Shown: positions 8,169 to 19,327, numbered from the stretch's first letter. The stretch is 64,000 nucleotides of DNA from Candidatus Hodarchaeota archaeon (GCA_048886685.1 JBHLKM010000001.1:288001-352000), one strand, 5' to 3'. Numbers and translations: made by a program. Notes: generated by a model from the sequence alone, not told the origin.

Positions 8169-8331
8169 ATGTATTAAGGGCCCCAGTAAATTTGCTTTGA
8201 AATTAATTTAACCCATTCTTTAATTAGATTTAATGTTTTCTCAATAAAAATAATTTTTTTAATCTTAAGTTAATAAAATACAACAAAAAATAACGATTTT
8301 AAAAGAAAATTAAAAGGAATTATATAATTTC

Positions 8332-11121
8332 TTAATTAATAACAATAGCAGGTTTACCTGGGAGAGATTGTGCTGCTTTTGGTTCTTCTGAATCTTTTTC
8401 AAACATAATATTAACCGCACATTGATACTTTTTTTCAATAAGAGGTTTAATATCATCGAAAAACTGATATTCATCTTTAGATGAAATTGTATATTTAGGA
8501 TATTTTCCAACGTTCTTTATTATTCTGCCCACAATTTTACCAATTTGTTTACTATGCGTCTTGTTCTCATCATCTTGCATTAATTTTTTCATAATTTCTC
8601 CTTGATTCTTAGTTTCTTCTATTATTGACATTAATGATTTATAAAATTTCAACTTCCAATTATCAGCAATAATTAGTGAGATAGATTTTAATTCCTCTTT
8701 TTTCATTACTGTTTTTATCTTATTGAGATCTTCTAAGATATTATTCATTAATTTCCATTTATAATCTGATTCTTGATTGAGAAGTTTTTCATTATAGGTT
8801 GGCCATTTCGCCAAACTCAAATATCCCTCTTTATCTATAGATTCCCAGATTTCCTCTGTCATATGAGGTGCTATTGGATGAAGCAATAAAACCAACGTTT
8901 TTTTACATTCTTCGAAAATTTCTTTATTTACACCCTCAGCTTTATATTTACCAAATTCTGAAGTGAATTGTATTAAATTATTAACGGCATTTCTAATTGC
9001 GATTTTATTCATATTTTCTGTGAATTCTTTAATGGTTTTATTCAAATAATACCGGATTAATGTATCTCGTATATTTATATCATCTCTTATAGTATCTGGG
9101 GAGTCATTTAACAACATAAATGTATTCTTAATGAATCTGTGAGCATAGTCAACACCCTCTTCAGACCATTCTAATCCTGACGATGGACTTGCTCCAAATA
9201 GTATAAAAAATCTTGCAGCGTCTGCCCCGTACTTTTCAATAATTTCTCCAGGATTTACAGTATTTCCATAACTTTTACTCATCTTTACTGACTTTTGAAT
9301 AAGATCTGTATTACCACATATTTTACATTTCATTTGGGCTAAATCGGCTTTCATGAGAAACGCATTACAGTTAGGACAATAAGGATGCAGTTTATTTATC
9401 ATTCCTTGGGTCAACAATGCCTGAAATGGTTCATCAAATTTGTGAAGTCCTAAATCTCTCGCTACTTTTGTAAAAAATCTAGCGTATATTAAGTGCATAA
9501 CAGCATGCTCTATACCCCCAATATATTGATCTACGTTACCCCAATAATTAATGATATCTTTGCTATAAGGAATATTTGCTTCAACGGAGGGTGGATCACA
9601 AAATGCAAAGAAATACCAAGAACTATCAACAAATGTGTCCATAGTATCAGTTTCGCGTTTTGCATTTTTGCCACATGTAGGACATTTTGTATTGAGAAAA
9701 CTTTCGCTTGTTTCTAGTGGATTACCTACTTTAGCAAAACTAACATCTTTAGGTAAATATACAGGTAAATCTTCATATGGTACAGGAACCATACCACACT
9801 TATCGCAATATACTACGGGAATCGGGCAACCCCAATAACGTTGACGTGAAATCCCCCAATCTCTCAGCTTATAATTTATTGTGGCAGATCCCATATTATT
9901 TTGATTTAATTTATCAGTTATCGCATCAATAGCAGAGCGATTTTCCATACCACTAAATTCTTCTGAATTTACAAGAACTCCATCACCTTCATAGGCTCGA
10001 GTCATCTTAGTTACGTTCAACTCATAGTCATGTGGCTGAATTACTATCCTTATTGGAATCTCATATTCAGTTGCAAACTCAAAATCTCTTTGGTCATGTG
10101 CAGGGACAGCCATAACAGCACCTGCTCCATATTCATAAATAACGAAATTGCCTATATATATAGGTATTTCTTCATTGTTTATTGGATTAATAGCACTTTT
10201 TCCAATGAACATACCTTTTTTCTCTATTTCAATATCGGTTCTTTCAAATCTATCTTGATGCATTACTTCATCATATAATTTCTCAAAGCCTTTCTCATAT
10301 TCCGTACCATTCATCCACTCACGGACCCATGGATGTTCTGGGGCAAAAACCATAAATGTTACTCCATAAAGTGTATCAGGTCTCGTAGTAAATATATCAA
10401 TAGTCCTTTTTTCACCTACAATTGGGAATTTTATAATAGTACCTTCCGATTTTCCAATCCAATTTCGTTGCATTATCTTCACTTTTTCAGGCCAATCAAC
10501 GATATTTAGCCCTTCGAGCAATTCTTCCGCATATTCTCGTATTTTAAAAAACCATTGAGATAAGAACTTTTGATCAACTACTGAATTGCACCTCCAGCAT
10601 CTTCCTCCTTGGGCCTGCTCGTTAGCTAAGACTGTGGCACACTTCGGACACCAATTAACGTAACTCTCTTGCTTATACGCTAATCCCTTCTCTAACATCT
10701 GCAAGAAAAACCATTGATCCCATTTATAGAAGTTAGGGTTGTGACTACATATTTCTCTTGTCCAATCATATGAGAGACCTATCCTTTTTTGTTGATTTTT
10801 CATTGTTTCTATATTCTTATTAGTCCATTCTTCTGGATTAGCACCATGATCTATCGCTGCATTTTCTGCAGGCATTCCGAACGAATCATAACCCATTGGA
10901 TAGATGACATTAAATCCATTCATTCTTTTAAATCTAGCATAGCAATCACCAATCGTGTAATTTCTAAGATGACCCATATGGAGTTTACCAGAAGGATATG
11001 GATACATTTCTAATACGTAGTATTTTTCCTTTTTCGGATTCACTTTAACTTCAAAAATTTTTTCTTTTTCCCACTTTTCTTGCCATTTCTTTTCTATTTT
11101 TTCTGGGTCATATTCAACCAT
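8332..11121 (-). CDS. leuS: Leucine--tRNA ligase
   Basis: EMYPYPSGKLHMGH, FTTRPDT editing domain, DWGISRQRYWG, YIGGIEHA and KMSKS. Confidence 0.98.
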   Translation of the reverse strand: MVEYDPEKIEKKWQEKWEKEKIFEVKVNPKKEKYYVLEMYPYPSGKLHMGHLRNYTIGDCYARFKRMNGFNVIYPMGYDSFGMPAENAAIDHGANPEEWTNKNIETMKNQQKRIGLSYDWTREICSHNPNFYKWDQWFFLQMLEKGLAYKQESYVNWCPKCATVLANEQAQGGRCWRCNSVVDQKFLSQWFFKIREYAEELLEGLNIVDWPEKVKIMQRNWIGKSEGTIIKFPIVGEKRTIDIFTTRPDTLYGVTFMVFAPEHPWVREWMNGTEYEKGFEKLYDEVMHQDRFERTDIEIEKKGMFIGKSAINPINNEEIPIYIGNFVIYEYGAGAVMAVPAHDQRDFEFATEYEIPIRIVIQPHDYELNVTKMTRAYEGDGVLVNSEEFSGMENRSAIDAITDKLNQNNMGSATINYKLRDWGISRQRYWGCPIPVVYCDKCGMVPVPYEDLPVYLPKDVSFAKVGNPLETSESFLNTKCPTCGKNAKRETDTMDTFVDSSWYFFAFCDPPSVEANIPYSKDIINYWGNVDQYIGGIEHAVMHLIYARFFTKVARDLGLHKFDEPFQALLTQGMINKLHPYCPNCNAFLMKADLAQMKCKICGNTDLIQKSVKMSKSYGNTVNPGEIIEKYGADAARFFILFGASPSSGLEWSEEGVDYAHRFIKNTFMLLNDSPDTIRDDINIRDTLIRYYLNKTIKEFTENMNKIAIRNAVNNLIQFTSEFGKYKAEGVNKEIFEECKKTLVLLLHPIAPHMTEEIWESIDKEGYLSLAKWPTYNEKLLNQESDYKWKLMNNILEDLNKIKTVMKKEELKSISLIIADNWKLKFYKSLMSIIEETKNQGEIMKKLMQDDENKTHSKQIGKIVGRIIKNVGKYPKYTISSKDEYQFFDDIKPLIEKKYQCAVNIMFEKDSEEPKAAQSLPGKPAIVIN

Positions 11122-11310
11122 AAAACAACCACTTTTCTTCTAAAATTAAGGGATATACATAATATTTAATATTCTAATAATTGATACAATAAATTTTTTA
11201 TGGAGTCACTTTTACTAAGAAAATCTTGTTATTTCATAAAATAGGATTAATTATATTGAATAAGAAAATTATAATTTGAAGCAATAAAACTTAATATTTC
11301 ATTCTTACTA

Positions 11311-12321
11311 GTGAGAGTTGTGAATATAGAAAAAATAAGAGTATCTGTTGGGAGTGCTTCTGTTTTAGGGTTAGGGACAATGGTAAAATTCAAAGATCCC
11401 CCTACTACATGTTATATTATGACTTATAAGGAGGGCTATTGTACTGCAAATTGTGGTTTTTGCCCACAAGCACGCTCTTCAAAAGGTTCGGAGGAAATGC
11501 TTTCTCGAGTTAATTGGCCAATATTTCCTTTCAAAGAATTCTTAACAAAATTAAAATATTTACCTCCCTTAAAAAAATTTAAAAGAATTTGTATTCAAAC
11601 TCTAAATTATCCTGAAAATTTTACAGACCTAATAAAAATCATAACTCAAATTAGAAGTAATATTGATGTTCCTATATCTGTAGCAATACCTCCCCTATCA
11701 AAAGAAAATTTAGAGGAATTGAAACTAATTGGTGTTCAAAGAGTAGGAATTGCCTTAGATGGTACAACTCCTGAAATTTTTGATAAAATCAAAGGTGATG
11801 GAGTTAATGGGCCTTATAGATGGGATGAACACCTTAATAAAATGATTGAGGCACTGGACATTTTCTCAGAAGGATTTGTAAGCACCCACCTAATAATTGG
11901 ATTAGGAGAAACAGAAAGAGACGTAATAGAACGTATTTATGAGTTACATAATTTAAAAATTCTCATATCACTTTTTGCTTTTACTCCAATAAAAGGAACG
12001 AAACTCGAACACGTAAATCAACCATCTCTTCTGAGTTTTAGAAAGTTACAATTAGGAAGATATCTTATAGTCAATAAAGATAAAAAATTAAACGATTTCA
12101 CTTTTAATATGCAAGGAAATCTTATCAACATAAATATCAGCAAATTGGAATTAAAAAATATCATCAATGACACTAATGCTTTCTTAACTTCGGGATGTCC
12201 AGGATGTAATCGCCCGTATTATACTTCAAAACCATCAGGTCCTATTTATAATTATCCAAGAGAATTAACTGAAAAAGAAAAAGAAGAAATCTATGAATTA
12301 TTGCACAAAATAGTATATTAA
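11311..12321 (+). CDS. lipS2: Radical SAM archaeal lipoyl synthase subunit, LipS2-like
   Basis: CTANCGFC plus C-terminal TSGCPGCNRP motif; next to the lipoate ligase. Confidence 0.8.
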   Translation: MRVVNIEKIRVSVGSASVLGLGTMVKFKDPPTTCYIMTYKEGYCTANCGFCPQARSSKGSEEMLSRVNWPIFPFKEFLTKLKYLPPLKKFKRICIQTLNYPENFTDLIKIITQIRSNIDVPISVAIPPLSKENLEELKLIGVQRVGIALDGTTPEIFDKIKGDGVNGPYRWDEHLNKMIEALDIFSEGFVSTHLIIGLGETERDVIERIYELHNLKILISLFAFTPIKGTKLEHVNQPSLLSFRKLQLGRYLIVNKDKKLNDFTFNMQGNLININISKLELKNIINDTNAFLTSGCPGCNRPYYTSKPSGPIYNYPRELTEKEKEEIYELLHKIVY

Positions 12322-12338
12322 AAATGATTTGAATAGAT

Positions 12339-13118
12339 ATGAAGATATGGCGTTATTTACCTTTAGAAGTTAGAAATGGTTTTTGGAACATGGCATTAGA
12401 TGAAGCCATCTTAAAAATGGCAATTGAGAAGAAATCACCTTACACTCTAAGATTTTATAAATGGAAACCATCAACAGCGAGTATAGGAAGAAATCAAAGT
12501 TTAAGTAATGAAATTGATACTAACTTTGCTGAAGAAAAAGGATTTAATATTGTTAGAAGGATAACTGGAGGGGGTGCTGTTTTTCACGATGAAAATAGAG
12601 AAATTACGTATTCAATTGTTTGTCCTATAAAATTTCTAGAGAATTTGGGTGCTAATAAGGTGATAGAACAGTTTGAGATTATCACACATGGAATTATCAT
12701 AGGACTTACATTTTATGGTTTAAAAACTGAAAAAGATATTATTCATTGTCCTGCAATTCTATTAGATGGAAAAAAATTTTCTGGGAATGCGCAGGTTAGA
12801 AAAAAAGGGTATATTCTTCAACATGGTACTATATTATTAGATATCGATCCAGAATTGATGTATTCTGTGTTAAAAGCACCTGAGAATGTTGGGAAGTCTC
12901 GGATGGTCAGATCTGTACGTGCTAAATGTATTGGAATTAAAAACCATTTACAAGATTTCAATGAAGAAGAGTTGATAAATTCTTTGAAACGTGGCTTCCA
13001 ACAGTCTTTAGGAATAGAAATGAAAGAGAATATTTTTTCCGAAGATGAGTTAAATTTAGCAGAAAGGCTTATGAAAAAAAAATACTCAAATTTAAAATGG
13101 TTGAATAAGTATGAGTAG
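12339..13118 (+). CDS. lplA: Lipoate-protein ligase family protein
   Basis: NMALDEA, RRITGGGAVFHD, KFSGNAQ and LQHGT. Confidence 0.92.
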   Translation: MKIWRYLPLEVRNGFWNMALDEAILKMAIEKKSPYTLRFYKWKPSTASIGRNQSLSNEIDTNFAEEKGFNIVRRITGGGAVFHDENREITYSIVCPIKFLENLGANKVIEQFEIITHGIIIGLTFYGLKTEKDIIHCPAILLDGKKFSGNAQVRKKGYILQHGTILLDIDPELMYSVLKAPENVGKSRMVRSVRAKCIGIKNHLQDFNEEELINSLKRGFQQSLGIEMKENIFSEDELNLAERLMKKKYSNLKWLNKYE

Positions 13119-14172
13119 GACTGAAGAGTTATTAGATAAAATGGAATCAGGAGACGCAAACTGGTCTGATTATTCAGATTTTTTAAAATTGGAATCCAAA
13201 GATTTAGAGCTATTTTTCAACCTTGCCCAGAGTATTACAATGAGGAATTTTGGAAATATTTTAAAAATATATAATCCTACGGGTAAATTCCCTGCTATTA
13301 GTATAACAGGGAGTAATTGTGCGTTAGAATGTGAGCATTGTAATAAAAAATATTTGAAAGGGATGAAACCAATATTAGAGAATAATGATTTAGAATTATT
13401 TTTAATGGAACTTTCTGCAAAAAATGGAGTAGGGGCATTAATTTCCGGTGGAAGCGAATTGGATGGTTCAGTGCCCTTACTCAATTTCTTAGATACCATA
13501 AAAAAGGTGAAAAAAGAAACAAATTTAATTATCAATACCCATACAGGATTATTGAAAGAAAAGACAGCAGAAAAACTTGCTGAAGCTAATGTTGATATTA
13601 TTTCTTTTGATATCAACATGGATGAAGAAGTTGTGAAGAATGTCTATCATTTAGACATTGACATAGACGAATATAGAAAAGCAATAGAGCTATTGAAAAG
13701 ATATAATCTAAATATTGTGCCACATATATGTGTTGGTTTATGGTATGGGAGACTTAATAAAGAGTTAGAATCGTTAAAATTTATTAAAGAAAATCTCCCA
13801 GATCCTTCTTTAATAGTAGTGATTGTTTTAATCCCACCGAATAACTCTAAAACAAAATTTGAGACACCTCAACCAGAGGTTATAGCAAAAGTAATCTCTA
13901 TGATTAGGTTTCTTTTTCCTTTATCAGAGATTTCACTGGGTTGCATGAGACCTCGAGGTAAGATTAAAACAGAGGTTGAGAAAATGGCATTAAAAGCGGG
14001 AATAACAAGGATCGAAATTCCTTCTAGAGATACTTTAAAATGGTTGAGAAAACATAGACCTGAAATTCTATTTAAGTTTTATTCTGCTTGTTGTGCAATT
14101 CCAGAGAAATATGAAAAACTAGCAGAAAGTAAGAAATCTGATATTAAAGGATATTTAAGCATCATAAACTGA
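13111..14172 (+). CDS. lipS1: Radical SAM archaeal lipoyl synthase subunit, LipS1-like
   Basis: SITGSNCALECEHC, LGCMRP and C-terminal CC motifs; overlaps the ligase stop. Confidence 0.8.
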   Translation: MSRTEELLDKMESGDANWSDYSDFLKLESKDLELFFNLAQSITMRNFGNILKIYNPTGKFPAISITGSNCALECEHCNKKYLKGMKPILENNDLELFLMELSAKNGVGALISGGSELDGSVPLLNFLDTIKKVKKETNLIINTHTGLLKEKTAEKLAEANVDIISFDINMDEEVVKNVYHLDIDIDEYRKAIELLKRYNLNIVPHICVGLWYGRLNKELESLKFIKENLPDPSLIVVIVLIPPNNSKTKFETPQPEVIAKVISMIRFLFPLSEISLGCMRPRGKIKTEVEKMALKAGITRIEIPSRDTLKWLRKHRPEILFKFYSACCAIPEKYEKLAESKKSDIKGYLSIIN

Positions 14173-14178
14173 TTTATT

Positions 14179-15591
14179 ATGAATTTTGAAAATGGAATAG
14201 AATTAATTGGTTTAGAAGATATCCCAATAGTTAAGAAAGATGATGATATTGCGAAGATTATAATCGAGAGCTTAAATAAAATGGATCTTTCTTTATTTGA
14301 TGGTGATATACTTGTAATTGCTCAGTCATTAATATCTAAAAGCAATGGTCGAACTAGAAATTTAAATCATATCACGCCTAGTGAAAAAGCTCTCGAAATT
14401 TTCAAAATTATTACCCCAAAATCAAAAAGTCAGGGACTGCCATTAAAAGATCCTAAATTAATCCAATTAATTCTTGATGAATCGAAAGAGATAATAAAAG
14501 CTGAACATGTATTAATAACCGAAACAAAACACGGTTTTATTTGCGCTGATGCGGGAATAGATAAATCTAACATTGAAGGAAAGGAGATAGTGTCATTATT
14601 ACCAGAAGATCCAGATCAAGATGCTGAAAAAATAAGAAAAAGACTTAAGAAGGAAACCTCTAAAGAGATAGCAATAATTATTTCAGACTCTTTTGGGAGA
14701 TCATTTAGAATAGGGGCTGTAGGAACAGCGATTGGAGTTTCTGGTATAAATCCAATTTTGGATATGCGAGGAAAAAAAGATTTATTTGGATATGAACTTC
14801 AAACTACCATAACTGGACAAGTGGATAGTCTTGCTTCAGCTGCTCAATTAGTAATGGGCGAAGCTAATGAGGGAATTCCTGTAGTTTTAATAAGAGGGTA
14901 TAAATTTGAAATAAACGAGAACGCAACAATCAAATCTATATTAAGAAAGAAAGCTATTGATTTGTTTCGGGAGCCGATGCAGGAGAAATTAATTACCTAT
15001 ATGAAAAGTCGAAGAAGTTATAAACTTCCTTTTGAAAATAAATATGTAGATAAACAAATTATTGAGGATTGCATTGAAATAGCAAGGTGGGCACCAAGTG
15101 CCCATAATGGGCAATATTGGAGATACATCGTTATAGAAAAACTAGAAGTGCGAGAGAAGTTAATTAATAATATGAATCAAAAGTTAAGGAATGATTTAAT
15201 AAATGATGGTAAATCAGAAGATTTTATTGAAGTTAAAGTGAATAAATCTAAAAAAAATTTCTTAGATGCGCCGATTTTAATTTTGTTATGTTTAGACAAC
15301 ACGGAGTTAGAAAAATATCCAGATAATGAACGATTAGAAAATGAATTCATTTTAGGTGTTCAAAGCATTAGTAGTTCAGCAACATATTTACTCCTTGCTT
15401 TTGAGATTAAAAAGTTAGCAGCATGCTGGTATTGCGCTCCTTTATTTGCTAAGGATATAATAAAAAGTACGCTTAATCTCCCTGAATCATATGTGCCAAT
15501 GGCCTTTTTTACTGTGGGATATCCTCTAAAAACAATTCAAGCCCCACCCCGCAGAGAACTCAAAGAGATAATATATAAACTAAAAGCTTAA
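14179..15591 (+). CDS. cofE: F420-0:gamma-glutamyl ligase fused to a nitroreductase domain (FbiB architecture)
   Basis: CADAGIDKSN, LLPEDPD, DSFGR and MGEANEGIP; C-terminal SRRS...WAPSAHNGQYW nitroreductase. Confidence 0.93.
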   Translation: MNFENGIELIGLEDIPIVKKDDDIAKIIIESLNKMDLSLFDGDILVIAQSLISKSNGRTRNLNHITPSEKALEIFKIITPKSKSQGLPLKDPKLIQLILDESKEIIKAEHVLITETKHGFICADAGIDKSNIEGKEIVSLLPEDPDQDAEKIRKRLKKETSKEIAIIISDSFGRSFRIGAVGTAIGVSGINPILDMRGKKDLFGYELQTTITGQVDSLASAAQLVMGEANEGIPVVLIRGYKFEINENATIKSILRKKAIDLFREPMQEKLITYMKSRRSYKLPFENKYVDKQIIEDCIEIARWAPSAHNGQYWRYIVIEKLEVREKLINNMNQKLRNDLINDGKSEDFIEVKVNKSKKNFLDAPILILLCLDNTELEKYPDNERLENEFILGVQSISSSATYLLLAFEIKKLAACWYCAPLFAKDIIKSTLNLPESYVPMAFFTVGYPLKTIQAPPRRELKEIIYKLKA

Positions 15592-15606
15592 GAGTGGATA
15601 TAAAGA

Positions 15607-16542
15607 ATGGGCGAAAAATACTATTTAATATTAGCTGGAGGCGTTGGAGCAGCTAAATTAATTGAAGGAATTGCTAACATCATCAACCAAGAAATGTTAA
15701 AAATTATTGTAAACACTGGTGATGATATTGAATTATTTGGTCTAAAAATATGTCCTGATTTAGATATAATTACCTACACTCTAGCAGGTGTAGTTGATAA
15801 AGAAAAAGGATGGGGTTTTGCTGGAGAAACATTTAACTGCTTAAGTATTCTTAAGAATTATTATGAAACAGGGTGGTTTAAGGCGGGGGATAAAGATTTA
15901 GCTACACATATCTATCGTACAGATTTATTTCGAAAAGGATTTAATAAAACCCAAATAACAGAGATGATTTGTAAAAACTTAGGAGTAAAATCTCAGCTCA
16001 TCCCTATGTGTAATGAACCAGTTGAAACATACATAAAAACTCCATCTGATTTTATGCACTTCGAAGAATATTTTATAAAATATCGCTGTGAGCCAGAAGT
16101 CTTGAATATTGAGTTTAAGGGAATTAATAAAGCTGCGCCAATAGAAAAAACTTTTGAACATATTAATAAAGCTAAAAAAATTATTATCTGTCCCTCTAAT
16201 CCAATCGTATCAATAGGAACAATATTGCAAATAAAAGGTATCAGGAAAGCTCTTTCAGAAGTTAAGAAAAAAGTATATGGAATTAGTCCTATTATTGAAG
16301 GAGTAACAGTTAAAGGTCCTGCTGATAAACTAATGAAATGCCTTGGTTTAGAAGTCTCATGTGTGGGGGTTGCTAAATTCTACCAAGATTTTTTAGGACA
16401 TTTCATTATAGACAATAAAGATTTCAAACTAAAATCTAGAATCGAAGAATTAGGAATTAAAACTTATTGTTTTGACACCTTAATGATAAATTTAAAGAAA
16501 AAGATGGAATTAGCACGGTTTATACTTAATTTAAATCAATAA
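15607..16542 (+). CDS. cofD: 2-phospho-L-lactate/phosphoenolpyruvate transferase
   Basis: LAGGVGAAK, VNTGDD, CPDLD, GDKDLATH, PSNPIVSI and KGPADK. Confidence 0.95.
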   Translation: MGEKYYLILAGGVGAAKLIEGIANIINQEMLKIIVNTGDDIELFGLKICPDLDIITYTLAGVVDKEKGWGFAGETFNCLSILKNYYETGWFKAGDKDLATHIYRTDLFRKGFNKTQITEMICKNLGVKSQLIPMCNEPVETYIKTPSDFMHFEEYFIKYRCEPEVLNIEFKGINKAAPIEKTFEHINKAKKIIICPSNPIVSIGTILQIKGIRKALSEVKKKVYGISPIIEGVTVKGPADKLMKCLGLEVSCVGVAKFYQDFLGHFIIDNKDFKLKSRIEELGIKTYCFDTLMINLKKKMELARFILNLNQ

Positions 16543-16552
16543 GAGAAAATGA

Positions 16553-17995
16553 TTATACTGTTTCGGTTGTTACCGATTCAGTTGTTTCTTCTTTTTTTTC
16601 CTCTTTTTCAACTTGTTCTATTCTAACATAATCTCCCACGGAGGTAAGAAGTTCCTTAATTCGTCCTTCTTGTTGTAATCGTATTATCAAATTTCTATGT
16701 TTAACAAAAGAGATCAATTGAGACAATACAGGGAAAAGTAACATAATCGGTAGTAATAAAATAATTATCGCTTCAGGAGAAGCGTTCATTGCCACACTCT
16801 CTGTAATAGCATCTGGCAATTGAATCACTGTATTTAAAAACCAATGAGGATGCATTATGATAAAACTTATTATTAAGAGTAACCCAACACGATATGTGAA
16901 ATTTATCACTGTTGATATCGCCAAATTTCCAGCCCGAGGGGCAGAAGAACTCGCAGTGAGTGTATCTCTTGCTTCCCTATCCTCCTGAAAAAGACGATCT
17001 ATATATCTTCCAAGTCGCCTAGTTTTTGAAGCTGCAGTTACTAATTTTTTCTCTTCCTCTTCTAATTTACGTCTTTCGATCATTTCCTTTACATAAGAAA
17101 ATCGTTTACCAGTTCGTGCAAAAAATTTGCCTATAACTATTCCTTCTTTTTGCTCTAATTCTATTTCTTCCATTCTTTTTTTAGCTTCTTCTCTAATTTT
17201 ATCAACGTTAGCGGTGATAAAATGAGATTCACGAGCTAAAATATTAAGTTGAGCTTCTAATCTATCGCTTCTTTCCAAAGATGGTTTTGTAACTGTATCA
17301 GTATAGTTTATTTGAAACGCTAACTCCAAATAAATGTAAGATATAATAGCAAAGCCAATAACCGGGCTTGCTATAAAGAGTATGAAATTGTCGATAGGAA
17401 TCTCGAATAAGCTAGGATCCAAAGGATCTGCCATCTGATCTAAATAATCAAAATGGAGACCAAATAAATCTAACATCTCCCTTAATTCAAAAACTATGAG
17501 AGGAACAACAATCATTAGAACTATCGAGCCAAGAGCAGTAAGATGGTTTTTTGGATCGCTTTTGAAGAAAGCTCTGATGGCATAAATAACTGAAACTACA
17601 AATAAGATTTGAAAGGCAAATAAATAGAGATCATTAAATAATACTTCTACTTCACTCATCATTAAATCAGGAATCTTACTTAATTCAGGTGTACCGATTG
17701 AAAACCAACTACTTAAGTATCTTTCAAAGAAAGTCTCTATAAATTGAAACATAAAGTTACCATAAGCACCCCCTGTAGCAGCAGCACAAAAGAATGCAAT
17801 TGCTAAACCCCCACCGTAAATCATATAGGAAAAAACATTTCTTAAAGCTCCAAAAAAGGCCAATATAACGAATTCATTTTCTGCTGTAGTGACCACAGCA
17901 TCAAAGTTAAAAATAGACAAGAAAAAGACGGTTAAGAGCCAAGAAAATACTCCTAAGTTAATTATTTTTAAGGTTAATAGATAACTTCTCACCAT
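16553..17995 (-). CDS. Multi-pass membrane protein with cytoplasmic coiled coil
   Basis: Several hydrophobic helices and a charged central region; last gene of the MoxR operon. Confidence 0.75.
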   Translation of the reverse strand: MVRSYLLTLKIINLGVFSWLLTVFFLSIFNFDAVVTTAENEFVILAFFGALRNVFSYMIYGGGLAIAFFCAAATGGAYGNFMFQFIETFFERYLSSWFSIGTPELSKIPDLMMSEVEVLFNDLYLFAFQILFVVSVIYAIRAFFKSDPKNHLTALGSIVLMIVVPLIVFELREMLDLFGLHFDYLDQMADPLDPSLFEIPIDNFILFIASPVIGFAIISYIYLELAFQINYTDTVTKPSLERSDRLEAQLNILARESHFITANVDKIREEAKKRMEEIELEQKEGIVIGKFFARTGKRFSYVKEMIERRKLEEEEKKLVTAASKTRRLGRYIDRLFQEDREARDTLTASSSAPRAGNLAISTVINFTYRVGLLLIISFIIMHPHWFLNTVIQLPDAITESVAMNASPEAIIILLLPIMLLFPVLSQLISFVKHRNLIIRLQQEGRIKELLTSVGDYVRIEQVEKEEKKEETTESVTTETV

Positions 17996-17998
17996 TCT

Positions 17999-19327
17999 CT
18001 AATACGCCCTCCCCTTCTTCTTTGCTTCCATATAATTACTTAAGACCTGATTCATCATATCATCAGGTCCACATGTTATGATATTTACGCCAAGATTACG
18101 TACTTCTTGCTTGATTAATAAAATGTGTTCCATCATTGCTTCGCTAATAGCTTCCGCTAAAGCTTTATCAGTGGAAGATAAATCTATTTCATGAATCTCG
18201 AACCATGGACTAAACGGGTTAATAACAATTATAGTATGGTTGAAAGGCACTAATTTTTTTATTGCTTGACTAATTTCTTTAGGATCTGCTTCTAAATCAG
18301 AAATAACAAAAATCAAACTACGTTTTTGAAAACGTCGTGCAAAAAAATCTATTGCCTCTACAATCCTACATTTTCCTTCAGGTTTCACTCGAGCTACAAA
18401 ATCTAAAACTTGGTAAAAGTGGTCTTCCCCTCCATTTGGTTTTAAAAACTTGAAATTCTTCTTATCTGAAAAAGTGAACACCCCAACATTATCTCTACGT
18501 GTTAAAGCCACTTTAGTTAAAAGCATACAAGCTCTTATTGCGTATTCAAACTTTGTATTTTCAATGGCACCACCCGCCATTGTCTCTGAAGAATCTACTA
18601 AAATCATTACAGTTACATCTCTCTCATCTTCATATTCTTTCACAATTAAGGTTTGTGAACGTGCACTAGCTTTCCAATCTATTAATCTAAACTGATCTCC
18701 AAAAACGTATTTTCGCATACCATAAAACTCTGAACCAAGGCCCTTCTGTTTTGACCTTTGTACACCATAGTTTAATTGTAGCGATCTTTTTGAGCCAAGG
18801 ATTTCAATTCTTTTTATATCATCGTATGGGGGATAAACTAATATATCTGTAACACTATCTGGAACGATCCTTTCTACAGAGTTAAAACCTAATCTATCTT
18901 TGACAATAACAGATAATGGCCCAAGAGCATATTCACCACGAACTTTTGGCTCAAGAACATATGAAAATTTAACTATTTCTTTTGGACCGATTCTAGTTGA
19001 AATAAAGTTTTCACCTAGAATTAACCTAAAAAGCTGGGGATTATAATTATCCCTGATTTCTAGAAAATCAAAACTATTTCTTCCGGTATTTTCAATCACA
19101 ACTTTTATATGAACAAAGTCGTCTTTAAAAACTTTTTCCTTTTCTAATTCTCGATAAACACGTAATTCCTCTATATTCATTTTATAGTGGAAAATAGGTA
19201 AACTAATAATGGTACTAAACAGCAATAGAATTCCAAAATATAGAAGAAAATAATTTTCAAACGCAAATCCTGCTGTAAGAAAAAATACAGCAAACAAAAT
19301 TAAACTTCTACCCTTTCCACCTAATAT
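17999..19327 (-). CDS. DUF58 / vWA-like MoxR partner; probable ATA start at 19327 (track start 19297)
   Basis: GSEFYGMRKYVFGDQFRLIDWKASAR, LIVKEYE and LVDSSETM motifs. Confidence 0.9.
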   Translation of the reverse strand: MLGGKGRSLILFAVFFLTAGFAFENYFLLYFGILLLFSTIISLPIFHYKMNIEELRVYRELEKEKVFKDDFVHIKVVIENTGRNSFDFLEIRDNYNPQLFRLILGENFISTRIGPKEIVKFSYVLEPKVRGEYALGPLSVIVKDRLGFNSVERIVPDSVTDILVYPPYDDIKRIEILGSKRSLQLNYGVQRSKQKGLGSEFYGMRKYVFGDQFRLIDWKASARSQTLIVKEYEDERDVTVMILVDSSETMAGGAIENTKFEYAIRACMLLTKVALTRRDNVGVFTFSDKKNFKFLKPNGGEDHFYQVLDFVARVKPEGKCRIVEAIDFFARRFQKRSLIFVISDLEADPKEISQAIKKLVPFNHTIIVINPFSPWFEIHEIDLSSTDKALAEAISEAMMEHILLIKQEVRNLGVNIITCGPDDMMNQVLSNYMEAKKKGRAY

